Assembly: GCA_963719505.1 (NCBI GenBank)
Contig: CAVRCF010000003.1
Span: forward strand, 64,001-128,000
Direction: 5' to 3'
Length of the DNA: 64,000 nt
DNA from: Halobacteriovoraceae bacterium
GTDB lineage: Bacteria > Bdellovibrionota > Bacteriovoracia > Bacteriovoracales > Bacteriovoracaceae
Shown: positions 19,708 through 30,936 of the stretch, piece by piece
Position numbering within the stretch: the stretch's first letter is position 1
Layout of the letters: each line of letters opens with the position of its first letter
The notes under the pieces: generated by a model
Seen by the model: the letters and a program-made list of their open reading frames with translations, nothing else
Database searches by the model: none
Told to the model about the DNA's origin: nothing
Translations under genes and position numbers: made by a program

Positions 19708-21595
19708 ATAACTTTTTCTTTAAGCTTTCAACGATTTCAGGATTCAACAAAGTCGATGTGTCCCCAATAGAATCAAATTCTCCGGCTGCAAGTTTTCTTA
19801 AAATTCTTCGCATAATCTTTCCCGAGCGGGTTTTTGGAAGATCTTTTGTGATGACAACCTTATCAAGCTTCGCTATTGGTCCAATTTGTTTTGTGATGAT
19901 CTTATTGAGCTGTGTATGGAGTTCTTGCTCACTCAAGGTGTTTGTGCTCGATGAGATAACATAGGCCATAATACCCTGACCTTTTATATGGTGAGGAAAT
20001 CCTGTTACAGCGGATTCAATAACATCGGTGTGAAGTCCGATTGCATCTTCAACTTCCGCCGTCCCAATTCTATGCCCGGAGACGTTAATAACATCGTCCA
20101 CGCGGCCGGTAATTCTGTAGTTTCCCTTGGCATCTCTTTTAGCGCCATCTCCAGTGAAGTAGTATCCCTCGTAGGTTGAAAAATAAGTTTGTCTGTATCT
20201 TTCGTGATCGCGATAAATAGTTCGTGCAATTCCTGGCCATGGTCTTTTTAAACAAAGATTTCCCTCAGCTGGATTACCTTCAACTATTTTTCCTTCGCTA
20301 TCAACTAAAATGGGCTCAACACCAGGCAGGGGCGTGGTAGCATGTCCTGCTATGGCCGGTGTGACTCCAGCTAGATTTGAAATCATAACCCCACCTGTTT
20401 CAGTCTGCCACCAAGTATCGACGATAGGGCATTTCTCTTTTCCAATATTTTTATGATACCAATTCCATGCCTCTTCATTGATGGGCTCACCAACTGTTCC
20501 TAAAACTTTGAGACTGTCTAAAGTACTATTTTGAACGTAGGAGATGTTACAGGCCTCAAGTGCTCTTATGGCCGTTGGAGCTGTATAAAAATGGGAGACT
20601 TTGTACTTATCTATAACTTCCCAAAAACGAGCAGGAGTTGGAAAAGTTGGAATCCCTTCAAACATGACCTGAGTAGCCCCATTGAGAAGCGGCCCGTAAG
20701 TTATATAACTGTGTCCTGTTATCCAACCAATATCAGCTGTGCACCAAAAAATATTTTGATCGTTAAACTGAAAGACTTTTTTAAATGTTTCACTGGCCCA
20801 AACCATATAACCCGCAGTCGAGTGCTGAAGTCCTTTTGGCTTACCTGTTGATCCTGATGTGTACAATATAAAAAGGGGATCCTCGGAATTCATGGGTTCT
20901 GCTGGGCAGTCAGTTGAGGCATCATTCAGTAAAGTTGCAAGGTCAAAGTCGCGTCCCTCTTTCATAGGAACTTCTGTCTGTGTTCTTTTAAAAACCAGAA
21001 CTTGTTTTACACATGTCGCTCTATTACATGCCTCATCAGCAATAGCTTTTAAGGGAATGACCTTGTCTCCTCTTGGTCCTTCATTACAAGTGATGAGAAC
21101 CTGTGAGTCGCAGTCAGTAAGTCTGTCGGCAAGCGCGTTGGCAGAAAAACCACCAAAAACAACAGAGTGAACGGCTCCAATTCTGGCCGTAGCGAGAACT
21201 CCAAATAAAAGTTCAGGAACCATTGGCATATAAAAACAAACTCGATCACCCTTTTTGACGCCTTTATCCTTTAACACATTTGAAAATTTCTTCACTTGTT
21301 CGTGTAACTCAGCGTAGGTAAAGACTAAGGCTTCTTCACTAGGATCGTTTGGCTCCCAGTAGATCGCAACTTTTTCAGGATTCTTATCCACATGACGATC
21401 GATACAATTTTCTGTAATATTTAAAACACCGTCTTCGAACCATTTGACATCAAGATCTTTAAAGTCACCTGTATGAACGATACTAGGCTCTTTATGCCAA
21501 GAAAAACTTTTCGCTATATTCGCCCAGTATTTTTCTGTGTGGGTAAGGCTTAAATCATAAGCCTTTCGATAGTCTTCAATTTTCTTAACTTCCAC
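19706..21595 (-). CDS. acs: Acetyl-CoA synthetase
   Basis: YTSGSTGKPKG, WCTADIGWITGHSY, DTWWQTETG, PKTRSGKIMRR. Confidence 0.96.
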   Translation of the reverse strand: MEVKKIEDYRKAYDLSLTHTEKYWANIAKSFSWHKEPSIVHTGDFKDLDVKWFEDGVLNITENCIDRHVDKNPEKVAIYWEPNDPSEEALVFTYAELHEQVKKFSNVLKDKGVKKGDRVCFYMPMVPELLFGVLATARIGAVHSVVFGGFSANALADRLTDCDSQVLITCNEGPRGDKVIPLKAIADEACNRATCVKQVLVFKRTQTEVPMKEGRDFDLATLLNDASTDCPAEPMNSEDPLFILYTSGSTGKPKGLQHSTAGYMVWASETFKKVFQFNDQNIFWCTADIGWITGHSYITYGPLLNGATQVMFEGIPTFPTPARFWEVIDKYKVSHFYTAPTAIRALEACNISYVQNSTLDSLKVLGTVGEPINEEAWNWYHKNIGKEKCPIVDTWWQTETGGVMISNLAGVTPAIAGHATTPLPGVEPILVDSEGKIVEGNPAEGNLCLKRPWPGIARTIYRDHERYRQTYFSTYEGYYFTGDGAKRDAKGNYRITGRVDDVINVSGHRIGTAEVEDAIGLHTDVIESAVTGFPHHIKGQGIMAYVISSSTNTLSEQELHTQLNKIITKQIGPIAKLDKVVITKDLPKTRSGKIMRRILRKLAAGEFDSIGDTSTLLNPEIVESLKKKL

Positions 21596-21597
21596 TT

Positions 21598-22269
21598 CTA
21601 CACTCCAGTGTTGTTCGTTCTAATTGGTAACTCGTATGTCACTTTTCCATGTTTTTCATAAGTCACTTCAAGGTAAATGCTATTTGGGATTTTACCGTAT
21701 GGTATTTTTAAAAGAATCCATCTCTTTACAACTAGTCCTGCCGGAATTGAAATATTTGAATAGAGGTGTCCTCGTGGAATCATTTTTGCTCTTTCTAGTT
21801 CACTTATGCCATCGGCAATTTCATTTGCTGCGAGAACTCCTACTGAACCGGTGTAGAGGGCGGCACCAGCAATGGCCCCACCTCTATTTCCACTTGCTGC
21901 CATAGTGACGACACCTGCAGCTGCAATGGAGCCCAAAAGGACTTCTCTATTATGTTGATCAATAGCAATTTTATTTTGAATAGCATCAGACCAATCAGTC
22001 AGATCTTGTCCTAGAACAACAGAGGCTTTATTTGCTTCTTGAGACTTTAGATCTAACGAAATACTTTTAATTCTTGTCCAGTCTTCTGTTTGATTTCCAA
22101 AAGTAAATTGTATTAGAGCGTAGTGATCTGTGGTGAAGTCTTGATCAATGTAGCCGGTGATAGGTGTATTTCTAGGATGATTGCCTTTAACTATAAGAGC
22201 ACCTTGACCAGGTTGATAAGAGGCACAGCTCGATACAAAAAGAGCGACTGAGAGAATAAAAAATTTCAT
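21598..22269 (-). CDS. Hypothetical lipoprotein
   Basis: Lipobox-like VSSC after a hydrophobic stretch; internal Gly/Ala-rich segment. Confidence 0.65.
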   Translation of the reverse strand: MKFFILSVALFVSSCASYQPGQGALIVKGNHPRNTPITGYIDQDFTTDHYALIQFTFGNQTEDWTRIKSISLDLKSQEANKASVVLGQDLTDWSDAIQNKIAIDQHNREVLLGSIAAAGVVTMAASGNRGGAIAGAALYTGSVGVLAANEIADGISELERAKMIPRGHLYSNISIPAGLVVKRWILLKIPYGKIPNSIYLEVTYEKHGKVTYELPIRTNNTGV

Positions 22270-22473
22270 TTTTCTTTCCTTTTTTAAAATTTTAAAGCCA
22301 AATTCTCCTAAAATAAGTCCAATAAGTCACTGGCCACAGAGTCTAGAGATTATCTTTTCCTAAGTCTAAGTCCCTGATTTAAATAGGAAGTTAGTAAGGT
22401 AATTTCTTCAAGTGACATTGCGCGCCGCGCTGGGGCGTGGTACTCAAAGCTTTAAATTACCCTAGGAGATCAA

Positions 22474-23928
22474 ATGAAGCACCTACTAATAAGTTTAGCT
22501 ATTTTGCTCATAAGTCAAAGTTTGTTTGCGAATAGTGAGTATACATGTATCAACACAGAGAACAGTTCGAAAGCTACTTTAAAGTTAAAAAGCGCAAGCT
22601 TGACATTAGTACTAGACAACTCAACGAAAGTATTTACTTTCAAACGTGCAACAGATTCAAAAATTGTTCTAAAAAATGGTTTTTCAAGTCTTCGTGTTGA
22701 AAATAATAGTGGACTCGTTCAAATTATATATAAGCCGAATTTATTTAAAAAAATAGTTATTGAAGAATGTCAGAAAAGTGAAAAAGTGATTCCTCTTACA
22801 TTTCATATAGCTGGAAAAATCATAATTCCAAAACATAAAATTTTTAAACAATATGGAAAACTCGCAAAAATAAAGTATCAGCCTGTCACTTCTCCGTTGA
22901 ATTTTAAATATGATCTGGTTTACTACATACCTCAAAAGTTAAAAGGAAAAAAAGATTTAAAAGCTCTCGTTTTTCTTCATGGTGGTGGAGCAAGTACCAG
23001 CGATAGATCAGGCTCTTTAAGAGTTATCGATATGTACGCAGCTGATTTGAAAGCTATGGCTGACTCTTTAGGATTTGTTTTGGTTATGCCTTCTGGATCT
23101 GGACTAAACTGGGGATCTCATATGTTTAATTACTTGAGAGACCTCAACCAATCTCTTCGAAACGACTTGCCCCTAGACGCTAATAAAATTGGTCTTACTG
23201 GCCACTCTATGGGCGGGATGGGAATAACAAGAGCTGGTCATTGGCTAACGGATGACTACGCTTTCTTTATGCCAGTAGCTGCCGGAATGGATGAGAGACA
23301 CCAAGTTGAAAAGAATCTCCTACCTTACTTTAATATGAAGTATTACCACCTTCAAGGATTGAACGACCACTTTGATGTTTTTATCTCTCGTTGTAAAAAA
23401 CAAAAAGTTGAAATCGAAAAACTTGAAAGAAAACTTGGAAAGAAGTCTGGTTTTGTTCTCGACCTCTATAATGGATCACATAATTATCCAAGAGCTCATT
23501 ACCAAAATGTATTAGGAAAACTTTTCAAAGAAAACTCTCGGGACCTCTATCAAACAGAACTCTCTGGTATGTTCTACTTTAGAGATGAGATTTACACTGA
23601 TCAATGGAGTAATGGTAACGATTTTTATCTAGCTCCAAGAGATAGATACTTTTGGTTAAAAGCGACTGAGTTTTCTAAAGATAAAACGGTCGTGGAAATG
23701 AAAGCAAAGATCGTTTCCAACACAATCAAAATTACAATTGCTCCAGGGGTAAAATCCTTGAGAGTTTACTTATCCTCAAAAAATCTAGATCTTACTAAAG
23801 AGATAGAAATTGTTGCAAACGGTGCTGTTAAGTTTAAGGGGATGGCTCCAAGTGGACAGGATATGTCCGCTGAAATTAAACGCGATGCTGGTTATATTTT
23901 CAATGGCTATATCGATATTACTCTTTAA
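22474..23928 (+). CDS. Secreted alpha/beta hydrolase (esterase/PHB-depolymerase-like)
   Basis: Signal peptide; FLHGGG oxyanion motif, GHSMGG nucleophile, GLND, GSH. Confidence 0.78.
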   Translation: MKHLLISLAILLISQSLFANSEYTCINTENSSKATLKLKSASLTLVLDNSTKVFTFKRATDSKIVLKNGFSSLRVENNSGLVQIIYKPNLFKKIVIEECQKSEKVIPLTFHIAGKIIIPKHKIFKQYGKLAKIKYQPVTSPLNFKYDLVYYIPQKLKGKKDLKALVFLHGGGASTSDRSGSLRVIDMYAADLKAMADSLGFVLVMPSGSGLNWGSHMFNYLRDLNQSLRNDLPLDANKIGLTGHSMGGMGITRAGHWLTDDYAFFMPVAAGMDERHQVEKNLLPYFNMKYYHLQGLNDHFDVFISRCKKQKVEIEKLERKLGKKSGFVLDLYNGSHNYPRAHYQNVLGKLFKENSRDLYQTELSGMFYFRDEIYTDQWSNGNDFYLAPRDRYFWLKATEFSKDKTVVEMKAKIVSNTIKITIAPGVKSLRVYLSSKNLDLTKEIEIVANGAVKFKGMAPSGQDMSAEIKRDAGYIFNGYIDITL

Positions 23929-23947
23929 TTCATGAGATAACATCAGC

Positions 23948-23978
23948 AAAAAAAAAGCCCCTAAAAGGGGCTTTTTTT
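23948..23978. terminator. Bidirectional terminator between hydrolase gene and leuS
   Basis: A9-GCCCCT-aaa-AGGGGC-T7. Confidence 0.9.
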
Positions 23979-26379
23979 ATTTCGCGACAAAATTACAAAT
24001 CTTTCCAGGAACATAGATCTCTTTCACAATTGTTTTACCTTCAAGGTATTTAGCAACTCGTGGATCCGCCTTGGCTTTCGCCATAAAATCTTCTTTTGAA
24101 ATATCGGCTTCGACCTCAATCGTTGCACGAGTTTTTCCCATAATTTGAATGGCCATGGTAATGGTCTCATCCTTGGCAAGCTTTTCATCAAACTGTGGCC
24201 AAGTCGTAAAGCTTAAACTTTCTGAGTGGCCTAAGAGCTTCCAAATTTCTTCCGCAGCATGAGGAGCATAAGGTGCGACAAGTTGAGCGAAGATTGAGGC
24301 TGTTTTTTTAGTAAATTTTTTCTCTTTGGCACAGTGATTAGTGAAAATCATCATTTGAGAAATAGCGGTATTAAACTTCATCTCTTCAATATCACTTGTT
24401 ACTTTTTTTATTGTTTGATGAAGAATTTTCGTTGTCTGTGCATCTTCTGATTCACTCCAAAATTCAGAGTTGGCAAAGGTTTTATAAGCTTTAGAGATAA
24501 AACCGTAGACACCTTTAACACCGTTCATAGACCAAGGTTTTGTTTTCTCAAGAGGACCCATAAACATTTCATAGAGTCTAAGGGTATCAGCACCATATTC
24601 TTCTACTACCGAGTCGGGATTTATAACGTTTCCACGAGACTTACTCATCTTTTCGCCATCTTGTCCAAGAATCATTCCTTGGTTAACAAGTTTTTTAAAA
24701 GGCTCTTTTGTTGAAACTAAACCGAGATCAAAAAGAACCTTGTGCCAAAAGCGAGCGTAAAGAAGGTGCATTACTGCGTGCTCCATACCACCGATATATA
24801 GATCTACAGGCATCCAATATTTTTCTAAATCTTCATCCCAAGGCTTTTCCGTATTTTTGGGATCAATAAAGCGAAGGTAGTACCAACAAGAACCGGCCCA
24901 TTGAGGCATGGTGTTTGTCTCTCTTCTTACTTCTTTTCCTGAAACTTCATCTTTAAAATATAACCATTCATCGATCGTTGCCAGTGGAGACTCACCAGTT
25001 CCAGATGGCTCGTATTTTTCAACTTCTGGTAAAACCACTGGAAGTTCATGAGGCTCTAGACAACGAACGACCTTTCCAGTCTCTTTGTCTTTAAGAAGTG
25101 GAAATGGTTCTCCCCAATATCTTTGTCTAGAGAAAAGCCAGTCTCGTAATTTATAGTTTATAGTTTTTTTACCAAGCTTCTTTTCTTCAAGATATGTATT
25201 TATTTTTTCAATGGCTTCTTCTTTTCCAAGTCCGTCTAAAAAATCAGAATTAATATGCTTTCCATCTCCAGTAAAAGCTTCTTTCTCAATATCTCCACCA
25301 TCTAAAACAGGAGTAATCTTTAAATTAAATTCTTTAGCAAATTCCCAGTCTCTTTGATCGTGAGCTGGCACGGCCATGATCGCACCTGTTCCATAAGTCG
25401 AAAGAACATAGTCAGAAATCCATACCGGTACTTTTTCTCCACTCACAGGATTGATTGCAAAAGCGCCTGTATGGACACCCGTTTTATCTTTGTTGAGCTC
25501 TGTTCTCTCTAAGTCAGATTTTCTACTTGCTTCAATTGCATAAGCCTCAACAGCTTTTTTATTCTCATCGGTTGTTATCTTTGAAACGAGTTCATGGTCT
25601 GGAGCAAGAACCATATAAGTTGCTCCAAAGAGAGTGTCAGGTCTTGTTGTGAAAACACTTATCGTGTCACCGGATTCTGTTTTAAAATCAACTTCGGCAC
25701 CAACACTTCTTCCAATCCAATTTCGTTGCATTTCTTTGACTGACTCAGGCCAATCCATATCCTCTAGGTCTTCTAAAAGACGATCTGCATACTCAGTTAT
25801 TTTAAGCATCCATTGTTTCATAGGTTTTCTGATAACAGGATGTCCTCCGATCTCACTTTTTCCATTCACAACTTCTTCGTTTGCTAAAACCGTTTTAAGC
25901 TCAGGGCACCAATTGACATTCATCTCACTTTCGTAAGCCAGTCCTTTATTATAAAGTTGAACAAAGATCCACTGAGTCCACTTATAATAGTCTACCGAAC
26001 TGGTCGCTACTTCTCGCTCCCAGTCATAAGAAAAACCAAGCATTTGAAGTTGTCTTTTAAAGGTCTCAATATTTTTCTCAGTTGTTGCTTGTGGGTGCGT
26101 TCCTGTTTTTATGGCATAGTTTTCGGCAGGTAGACCAAAGGAGTCCCAGCCCATGGGGTGAAGGACGTTAAACCCGTTGGCTCTTTTGTATCGAGCCATA
26201 ATATCTGTGGCTGTGTATCCTTCAGGGTGACCTACGTGAAGACCTGATCCAGAAGGGTAGGGAAACATATCCAGAACATAATACTTTGGCTTTGATTTAT
26301 CCATTTGAGTTTGAAAAGTTTTATTTTCGGCCCAAAAGTTTTGCCAATTTTTTTCTATTTCTGAGAAATTGTAATCCAT
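23977..26379 (-). CDS. leuS: Leucine--tRNA ligase
   Basis: [26 protein letters not shown]; start MDYNF at 26379 with AAGGA SD. Confidence 0.98.
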   Translation of the reverse strand: MDYNFSEIEKNWQNFWAENKTFQTQMDKSKPKYYVLDMFPYPSGSGLHVGHPEGYTATDIMARYKRANGFNVLHPMGWDSFGLPAENYAIKTGTHPQATTEKNIETFKRQLQMLGFSYDWEREVATSSVDYYKWTQWIFVQLYNKGLAYESEMNVNWCPELKTVLANEEVVNGKSEIGGHPVIRKPMKQWMLKITEYADRLLEDLEDMDWPESVKEMQRNWIGRSVGAEVDFKTESGDTISVFTTRPDTLFGATYMVLAPDHELVSKITTDENKKAVEAYAIEASRKSDLERTELNKDKTGVHTGAFAINPVSGEKVPVWISDYVLSTYGTGAIMAVPAHDQRDWEFAKEFNLKITPVLDGGDIEKEAFTGDGKHINSDFLDGLGKEEAIEKINTYLEEKKLGKKTINYKLRDWLFSRQRYWGEPFPLLKDKETGKVVRCLEPHELPVVLPEVEKYEPSGTGESPLATIDEWLYFKDEVSGKEVRRETNTMPQWAGSCWYYLRFIDPKNTEKPWDEDLEKYWMPVDLYIGGMEHAVMHLLYARFWHKVLFDLGLVSTKEPFKKLVNQGMILGQDGEKMSKSRGNVINPDSVVEEYGADTLRLYEMFMGPLEKTKPWSMNGVKGVYGFISKAYKTFANSEFWSESEDAQTTKILHQTIKKVTSDIEEMKFNTAISQMMIFTNHCAKEKKFTKKTASIFAQLVAPYAPHAAEEIWKLLGHSESLSFTTWPQFDEKLAKDETITMAIQIMGKTRATIEVEADISKEDFMAKAKADPRVAKYLEGKTIVKEIYVPGKICNFVAK

Positions 26380-26490
26380 TAAAATAATCCTTGTTCGTTG
26401 CGTAAAAATCTTTGTTAATTTAACACTTAATAATGGCGTTTGTGAAATAAAATACACACTGATCAGCTCTATTTCTGGTAAGATATCCGG

Positions 26491-28275
26491 ATGACTTTAG
26501 GAATTTTAGAAACATTGGGAATTGTCTTTTCACTTGGTATCACTTCACAGTGGCTTGGTTGGAAACTTAAAATTCCTGTTATCATTTTACTCACCCTGTC
26601 GGGACTGCTAGTAGGACCCGTTTTCGGACTGGTTAACCCTCATGCTGTCTTTGGGAATTTACTTCACCCTCTTATCGAGCTTGGTGTTGCTATTATTCTT
26701 TTTGAAGGTGGGCTTCTCTTAAAGGCCAGTGAATATAGAAAACAATCTGGAGGAATGAAGAGACTTTTCTCGGTAAGTGTTCTCCTCAACTGGGGTCTTG
26801 GGACCTTGGCCTGTCACTACATCGCGGGTGTCGACTTAAATATTAGTTTACTTATTTGTGGTTTGCTCATCGTGACAGGACCCACAGTTATTCTTCCTGC
26901 CCTCCGAGAGGCAAGATTAAAGAAGAGAGTTTCCAATTACCTAAAATGGGAAGGGATTGTAAATGATCCTATTGGTGCGATACTGGCCATTCTCGTTTAT
27001 GAATATATCCTTTTTTCAAATACCTATGTGACCAGTGGCATGCTCTACGTAAGTTTGGTGAAGATAGTACTTCTGTCGTTGGGCTTTAGTTATGGGGCGA
27101 GGTGGTTAACACTTTGGCTAACGAAGAGGGCTTTGATTCCTGAGTTTTTAAAGCTACCTTTTTTAGTCTCATCGGTCATTGGACTTTTTGCCCTTTCAGA
27201 AACCTTCCAGCACGGTACAGGTCTTATGACTGTAACTCTCTTTGGTATCCTTCTTGGAAATTCTGATTACTCTTCACTGGGAGATGTAAAGAAACTTGGG
27301 GAGTCCATTTCAATATTCACAGTGAGTGGTGTTTTTATTATTTTATCAGCGACGATGAATATGGAAATTATCTCCATGTTAAAGCCTCAGCATTATATTT
27401 TTATTGTGCTTATTGCTTTTATTATTAGACCCGTTTCAATTTTAATTTCAACTTTGGGCTCAGAGATGTCTTTTAATGAAAGACTTCTTATTGGTTTTTA
27501 TGGGCCTAGAGGGATCGTCGCAGCCTCTGTGGCCGGAGCTATTGGCTCAAAACTAACTTCCCAAGGTATAGAGGAGGGAAAATATATTCTTCCCATTATT
27601 TTCCTCGTTATTATTGTGACAGTTGTCTTTCATAGTTTGAGCCTTTCTCCTTTAGCAAAAAAATTGGGATTAAAAAATAAAGGCGAGCACGGTGTGATGA
27701 TTGTCGGAGCAAGTGTTTGGAGTGTCCAACTTGCAATAAAGCTTCGTGAACTAAAGATTCCAGTCCTTATTTCTGATACCTCTTGGTATAAATTAACCCG
27801 GGCTCGAATTAGAGGAATTGACTTCCACTATGGGCAGGCGATAACAGACTACGATGGTGGACAAATAGATTTAACTGAAATTAATTATCTTTTAGCGGCC
27901 AATGAAGACGATCATTATAACTCTCTTGTCTGCAATAAATTTGGAGATATTCTCGGTAAAGAACATGTTTATCAGATTGCCATTCACGATGCTACTTATA
28001 GACAGCAACATGGCTTAGGTCAAAGAGATATCTGCTTTTTACATCGACCTGGTGTTGGAAGATATGAAATTTTGAACAATAAATATCATGAAGGTTGGAA
28101 CTTTCATAATATTGAGATAACAGAAGATTTTACTTTGGATGACTTCAAGGCAGATCATAAGGATGAGGAAGTTATTCTGTTTGCTATTATTGGCAGTGGC
28201 AGAGTTATAGAATTTATTTCTCCAGATCATGACCTCAGAACCACGACCGGAAATCTTATCTATTATGGTGCATAA
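26491..28275 (+). CDS. CPA1 cation/H+ antiporter with C-terminal Rossmann-like domain
   Basis: [32 protein letters not shown]-terminal GVMIVGA. Confidence 0.88.
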   Translation: MTLGILETLGIVFSLGITSQWLGWKLKIPVIILLTLSGLLVGPVFGLVNPHAVFGNLLHPLIELGVAIILFEGGLLLKASEYRKQSGGMKRLFSVSVLLNWGLGTLACHYIAGVDLNISLLICGLLIVTGPTVILPALREARLKKRVSNYLKWEGIVNDPIGAILAILVYEYILFSNTYVTSGMLYVSLVKIVLLSLGFSYGARWLTLWLTKRALIPEFLKLPFLVSSVIGLFALSETFQHGTGLMTVTLFGILLGNSDYSSLGDVKKLGESISIFTVSGVFIILSATMNMEIISMLKPQHYIFIVLIAFIIRPVSILISTLGSEMSFNERLLIGFYGPRGIVAASVAGAIGSKLTSQGIEEGKYILPIIFLVIIVTVVFHSLSLSPLAKKLGLKNKGEHGVMIVGASVWSVQLAIKLRELKIPVLISDTSWYKLTRARIRGIDFHYGQAITDYDGGQIDLTEINYLLAANEDDHYNSLVCNKFGDILGKEHVYQIAIHDATYRQQHGLGQRDICFLHRPGVGRYEILNNKYHEGWNFHNIEITEDFTLDDFKADHKDEEVILFAIIGSGRVIEFISPDHDLRTTTGNLIYYGA

Positions 28276-28316
28276 AAAAAAAGCCAAAGCTTAGGGGGAA
28301 GCTTCGGCTTTTCTTT
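28274..28316. terminator. Probable bidirectional terminator
   Basis: A9-GCCaAAGCTT-aggggg-AAGCTTcGGC-TTTT between convergent genes. Confidence 0.75.
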
Positions 28317-28345
28317 GGTTATTTAATCTCAAAATTTTTATGAGA

Positions 28346-28687
28346 TTAGATATTTTTACAAGTTAATGGGTATGTCATTTTATGCCCTTTTGGGTTAGTG
28401 ATCGCTAGAAAGTCCTCACTTTGTGAAAAGGCATTTTGGTTCTCTATATTAATTGTGTGTTTATTTCCGTCTATATACATTGTCTTTCTAAAACCCTTTG
28501 ATGTCTTTGAAGACATAACTCCAAGAGTTGAAGAGATACTTCTTCCACCTTCACTTTTTTTGTAAAAAGCGACTGATGATTTTTCAATGGTAAATGCCTT
28601 CTCTCCAAAAGCTGTTTCACACTCAACTGAAGAAAATGCTTGGCCTGCGATAGTCATAAAAAAGATTGCTGTTAGTAATGATTTCAT
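28346..28687 (-). CDS. Small secreted hypothetical protein
   Basis: Signal peptide (AFS cleavage), two Cys; GGGGG SD. Confidence 0.7.
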   Translation of the reverse strand: MKSLLTAIFFMTIAGQAFSSVECETAFGEKAFTIEKSSVAFYKKSEGGRSISSTLGVMSSKTSKGFRKTMYIDGNKHTINIENQNAFSQSEDFLAITNPKGHKMTYPLTCKNI

Positions 28688-28720
28688 GTAATCCCCCTTG
28701 TTTGGTTACACTTATATATA

Positions 28721-28736
28721 TACAAGCTAGGTGCCA
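28721..28736 (-). promoter_or_regulatory. Putative sigma54 -24/-12 promoter
   Basis: Minus strand TGGCAC-CTAGC-TTGTA (consensus TGGCAC-N5-TTGCW). Confidence 0.6.
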
Positions 28737-28796
28737 AAAAAAATCTCGTCTTTTTAAGGGGTTACAAGTCAATAAGTGTGTAAAAATTCTGGAGGG

Positions 28797-28813
28797 TGTC
28801 TAAATTTTAGTCG
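28797..28813. promoter_or_regulatory. Imperfect palindrome, putative enhancer-binding-protein site
   Basis: TGTCTAAATTTTAGTCG, near-identical to the palindrome at 55757-55773. Confidence 0.5.
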
Positions 28814-28828
28814 ATTTTTATAACAGAA

Positions 28829-29440
28829 TCAGTCTACAACATTAACAGAGGCTTTAGTGATAGCGTCTTCTGACCATGCTGGAGCATCTTCAAGAACCTG
28901 GAGGATATCGTCAAGACTTTCACAAACGGAGTACATTTGCCTATGAAGCGGACGGTGAAATTTTTCTTTTTCCATATTATCTAAAAGGGTAAGGAGGGGA
29001 TCGTAATATCCCTCAAAATTCATAATAATAAGGGGCCCAGTATGAAGGCCAAGTCTTTTTGAGGTTAACCACACAAAGAACTCCTCAAGAGTTCCAGAGC
29101 CACCAGGTAAGAAAATTGTCGCATTGGCCTTTGTCATCATTAGATGCTTTCTCTCATCCATAGAACCTGTAATTTGGAGGTTTGTAAGACTTGGGTGTTG
29201 CCATTCAACTTCGATCATAAATTGGGGGATATAACCATGGACAACTCCACCGTGAGCTAAAGCGCCGTCGGCCACTTGTCTCATCAGGCCTTTTGCTCCA
29301 CCGCCGTAAATAACTTCGTGATTATTTTTGGCCAAAATTTCACCTAAAGAGTGGGCCATTTCTAGAAATTTTTTATCGCAGGCATCACTAGAGCCGCACA
29401 TCACACCAATAGTTTTATATTTCATACTTACCTTTTTCAC
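28829..29440 (-). CDS. LOG family nucleotide phosphoribohydrolase (TIGR00730-like)
   Basis: VMCGS, YGGG..GLM, MDERK, LPGGSGTLEE. Confidence 0.9.
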   Translation of the reverse strand: MKKVSMKYKTIGVMCGSSDACDKKFLEMAHSLGEILAKNNHEVIYGGGAKGLMRQVADGALAHGGVVHGYIPQFMIEVEWQHPSLTNLQITGSMDERKHLMMTKANATIFLPGGSGTLEEFFVWLTSKRLGLHTGPLIIMNFEGYYDPLLTLLDNMEKEKFHRPLHRQMYSVCESLDDILQVLEDAPAWSEDAITKASVNVVD

Positions 29441-29550
29441 TCAAGCTTTGACCGCGTCGTCATGCAGTATTCTCATATTAAGTTATAATAATGCGGTTGA
29501 GAAATAAAGCAACTATAGATTGAGCTATAGCTTATTTCAAAGGAGCAAAT

Positions 29551-30936
29551 GTGTTAGACAAAACAGTGGCCAACGATGTTATTCAAGCAGCTTTAGAGTG
29601 CGGTGCAAGTTTTTGCGATATCTTCGTTGAGAGAACGACAAATCAATCAATTAGTTTTAGAAGCTCCGAGGTGAAAGATATCAAGTCTGGAATTGATTTT
29701 GGAATTGGTGTTCGATTAATTTTTGGAACTCAAGCTCTTTACGCTTATACAAACTCTAAGAAAAAAGATGATCTTATCGGTATGACAAGAAACCTTGCGG
29801 CTTATTATAAAAGAGATCAAACGGTAAATCCTGGGACATTGAATTTTTCAAAACCTGTCGACTATAAGACAGTGGAGTCTATTGGAGATACAGATGTTTC
29901 CTTGGAGCACAAACTAGAAGTCTTAAAAAAACTAGATCTTTTAACCAGAAAAGAGAGTGATAAAATTTCACAGGTAAACTTAGGACTTTGGCAGTTTAAG
30001 CAAAATATTGAAGTCTTTGATTCAGAAGGTTTATACGCTACAGAAGAAAGACCTTATATACGGTTAAGCTCAACGGCCATCTCAAGTGATGGAACAAATC
30101 AATCCACGGGAAGTGATAATCCAGGCGCTAGAGGTGGTTGGGACTATATTGAAAGTGTGAATCTGGAAAGACTTGCAAAAGATATTACAAAACAATCGTT
30201 AACAGTATTAGATGCTGATCCATGTCCTGCTGGAAATATGCCCGTTGTTATAGACAATGGCTTTGGCGGAGTTATTTTTCATGAGGCTTGTGGCCACCTA
30301 TTGGAAACAACAAGTGTTGAGAAAAAAGCAAGTGTGATGTGGGATAAAAAAGGTGAGATGGTTGCTCACGAGGCCTTAAGTGCCGTTGACGATGGAACTA
30401 TTGCTGGTGAGTGGGGTTCTCTTTCAATTGATGATGAAGGAATGGCTACGCAGAAAACTCAGCTTATAAAAAATGGAAAACTTGAAAACTTTATGTGCGA
30501 TAGATTAGGCCATATGAAAACTGGTCATCCAAGAACAGGATCAGGAAGAAGACAAAATTATAAATACGCTCCAGCAAGTAGAATGAGAAATACATTTATC
30601 GAAGGTGGAAATCATAAGCTTGAAGAGCTCATTGGAAGTCTTGGAGATGGTCTCTACGCTAAAAAAATGGGCGGAGGATCAGTGAACCCTGGAACTGGAG
30701 AATTCAACTTCTCTGTGCGAGAAGGTTACCTTGTCAAAAATGGCAAAATTGATAAAGCGATAAAAGGTGCAACCCTAATTGGTAAAGGGGCAGATGTCCT
30801 AAAGAAGATTAGTATGGTGGGAGACAACTTTGAGTTGTCGGTCGGAATGTGTGGCTCTGTGAGTGGCAGCATCCCTGCAAATGTAGGGCAGGCGGCTATT
30901 AAAGTTGATGAGATCCTAGTAGGAGGTCAAGCGTGA
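29551..30936 (+). CDS. tldD: TldD metalloprotease
   Basis: FHEACGHLLE, DDEG, GSGRRQ, RMRNT, terminal CG motif. Confidence 0.92.
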   Translation: MLDKTVANDVIQAALECGASFCDIFVERTTNQSISFRSSEVKDIKSGIDFGIGVRLIFGTQALYAYTNSKKKDDLIGMTRNLAAYYKRDQTVNPGTLNFSKPVDYKTVESIGDTDVSLEHKLEVLKKLDLLTRKESDKISQVNLGLWQFKQNIEVFDSEGLYATEERPYIRLSSTAISSDGTNQSTGSDNPGARGGWDYIESVNLERLAKDITKQSLTVLDADPCPAGNMPVVIDNGFGGVIFHEACGHLLETTSVEKKASVMWDKKGEMVAHEALSAVDDGTIAGEWGSLSIDDEGMATQKTQLIKNGKLENFMCDRLGHMKTGHPRTGSGRRQNYKYAPASRMRNTFIEGGNHKLEELIGSLGDGLYAKKMGGGSVNPGTGEFNFSVREGYLVKNGKIDKAIKGATLIGKGADVLKKISMVGDNFELSVGMCGSVSGSIPANVGQAAIKVDEILVGGQA

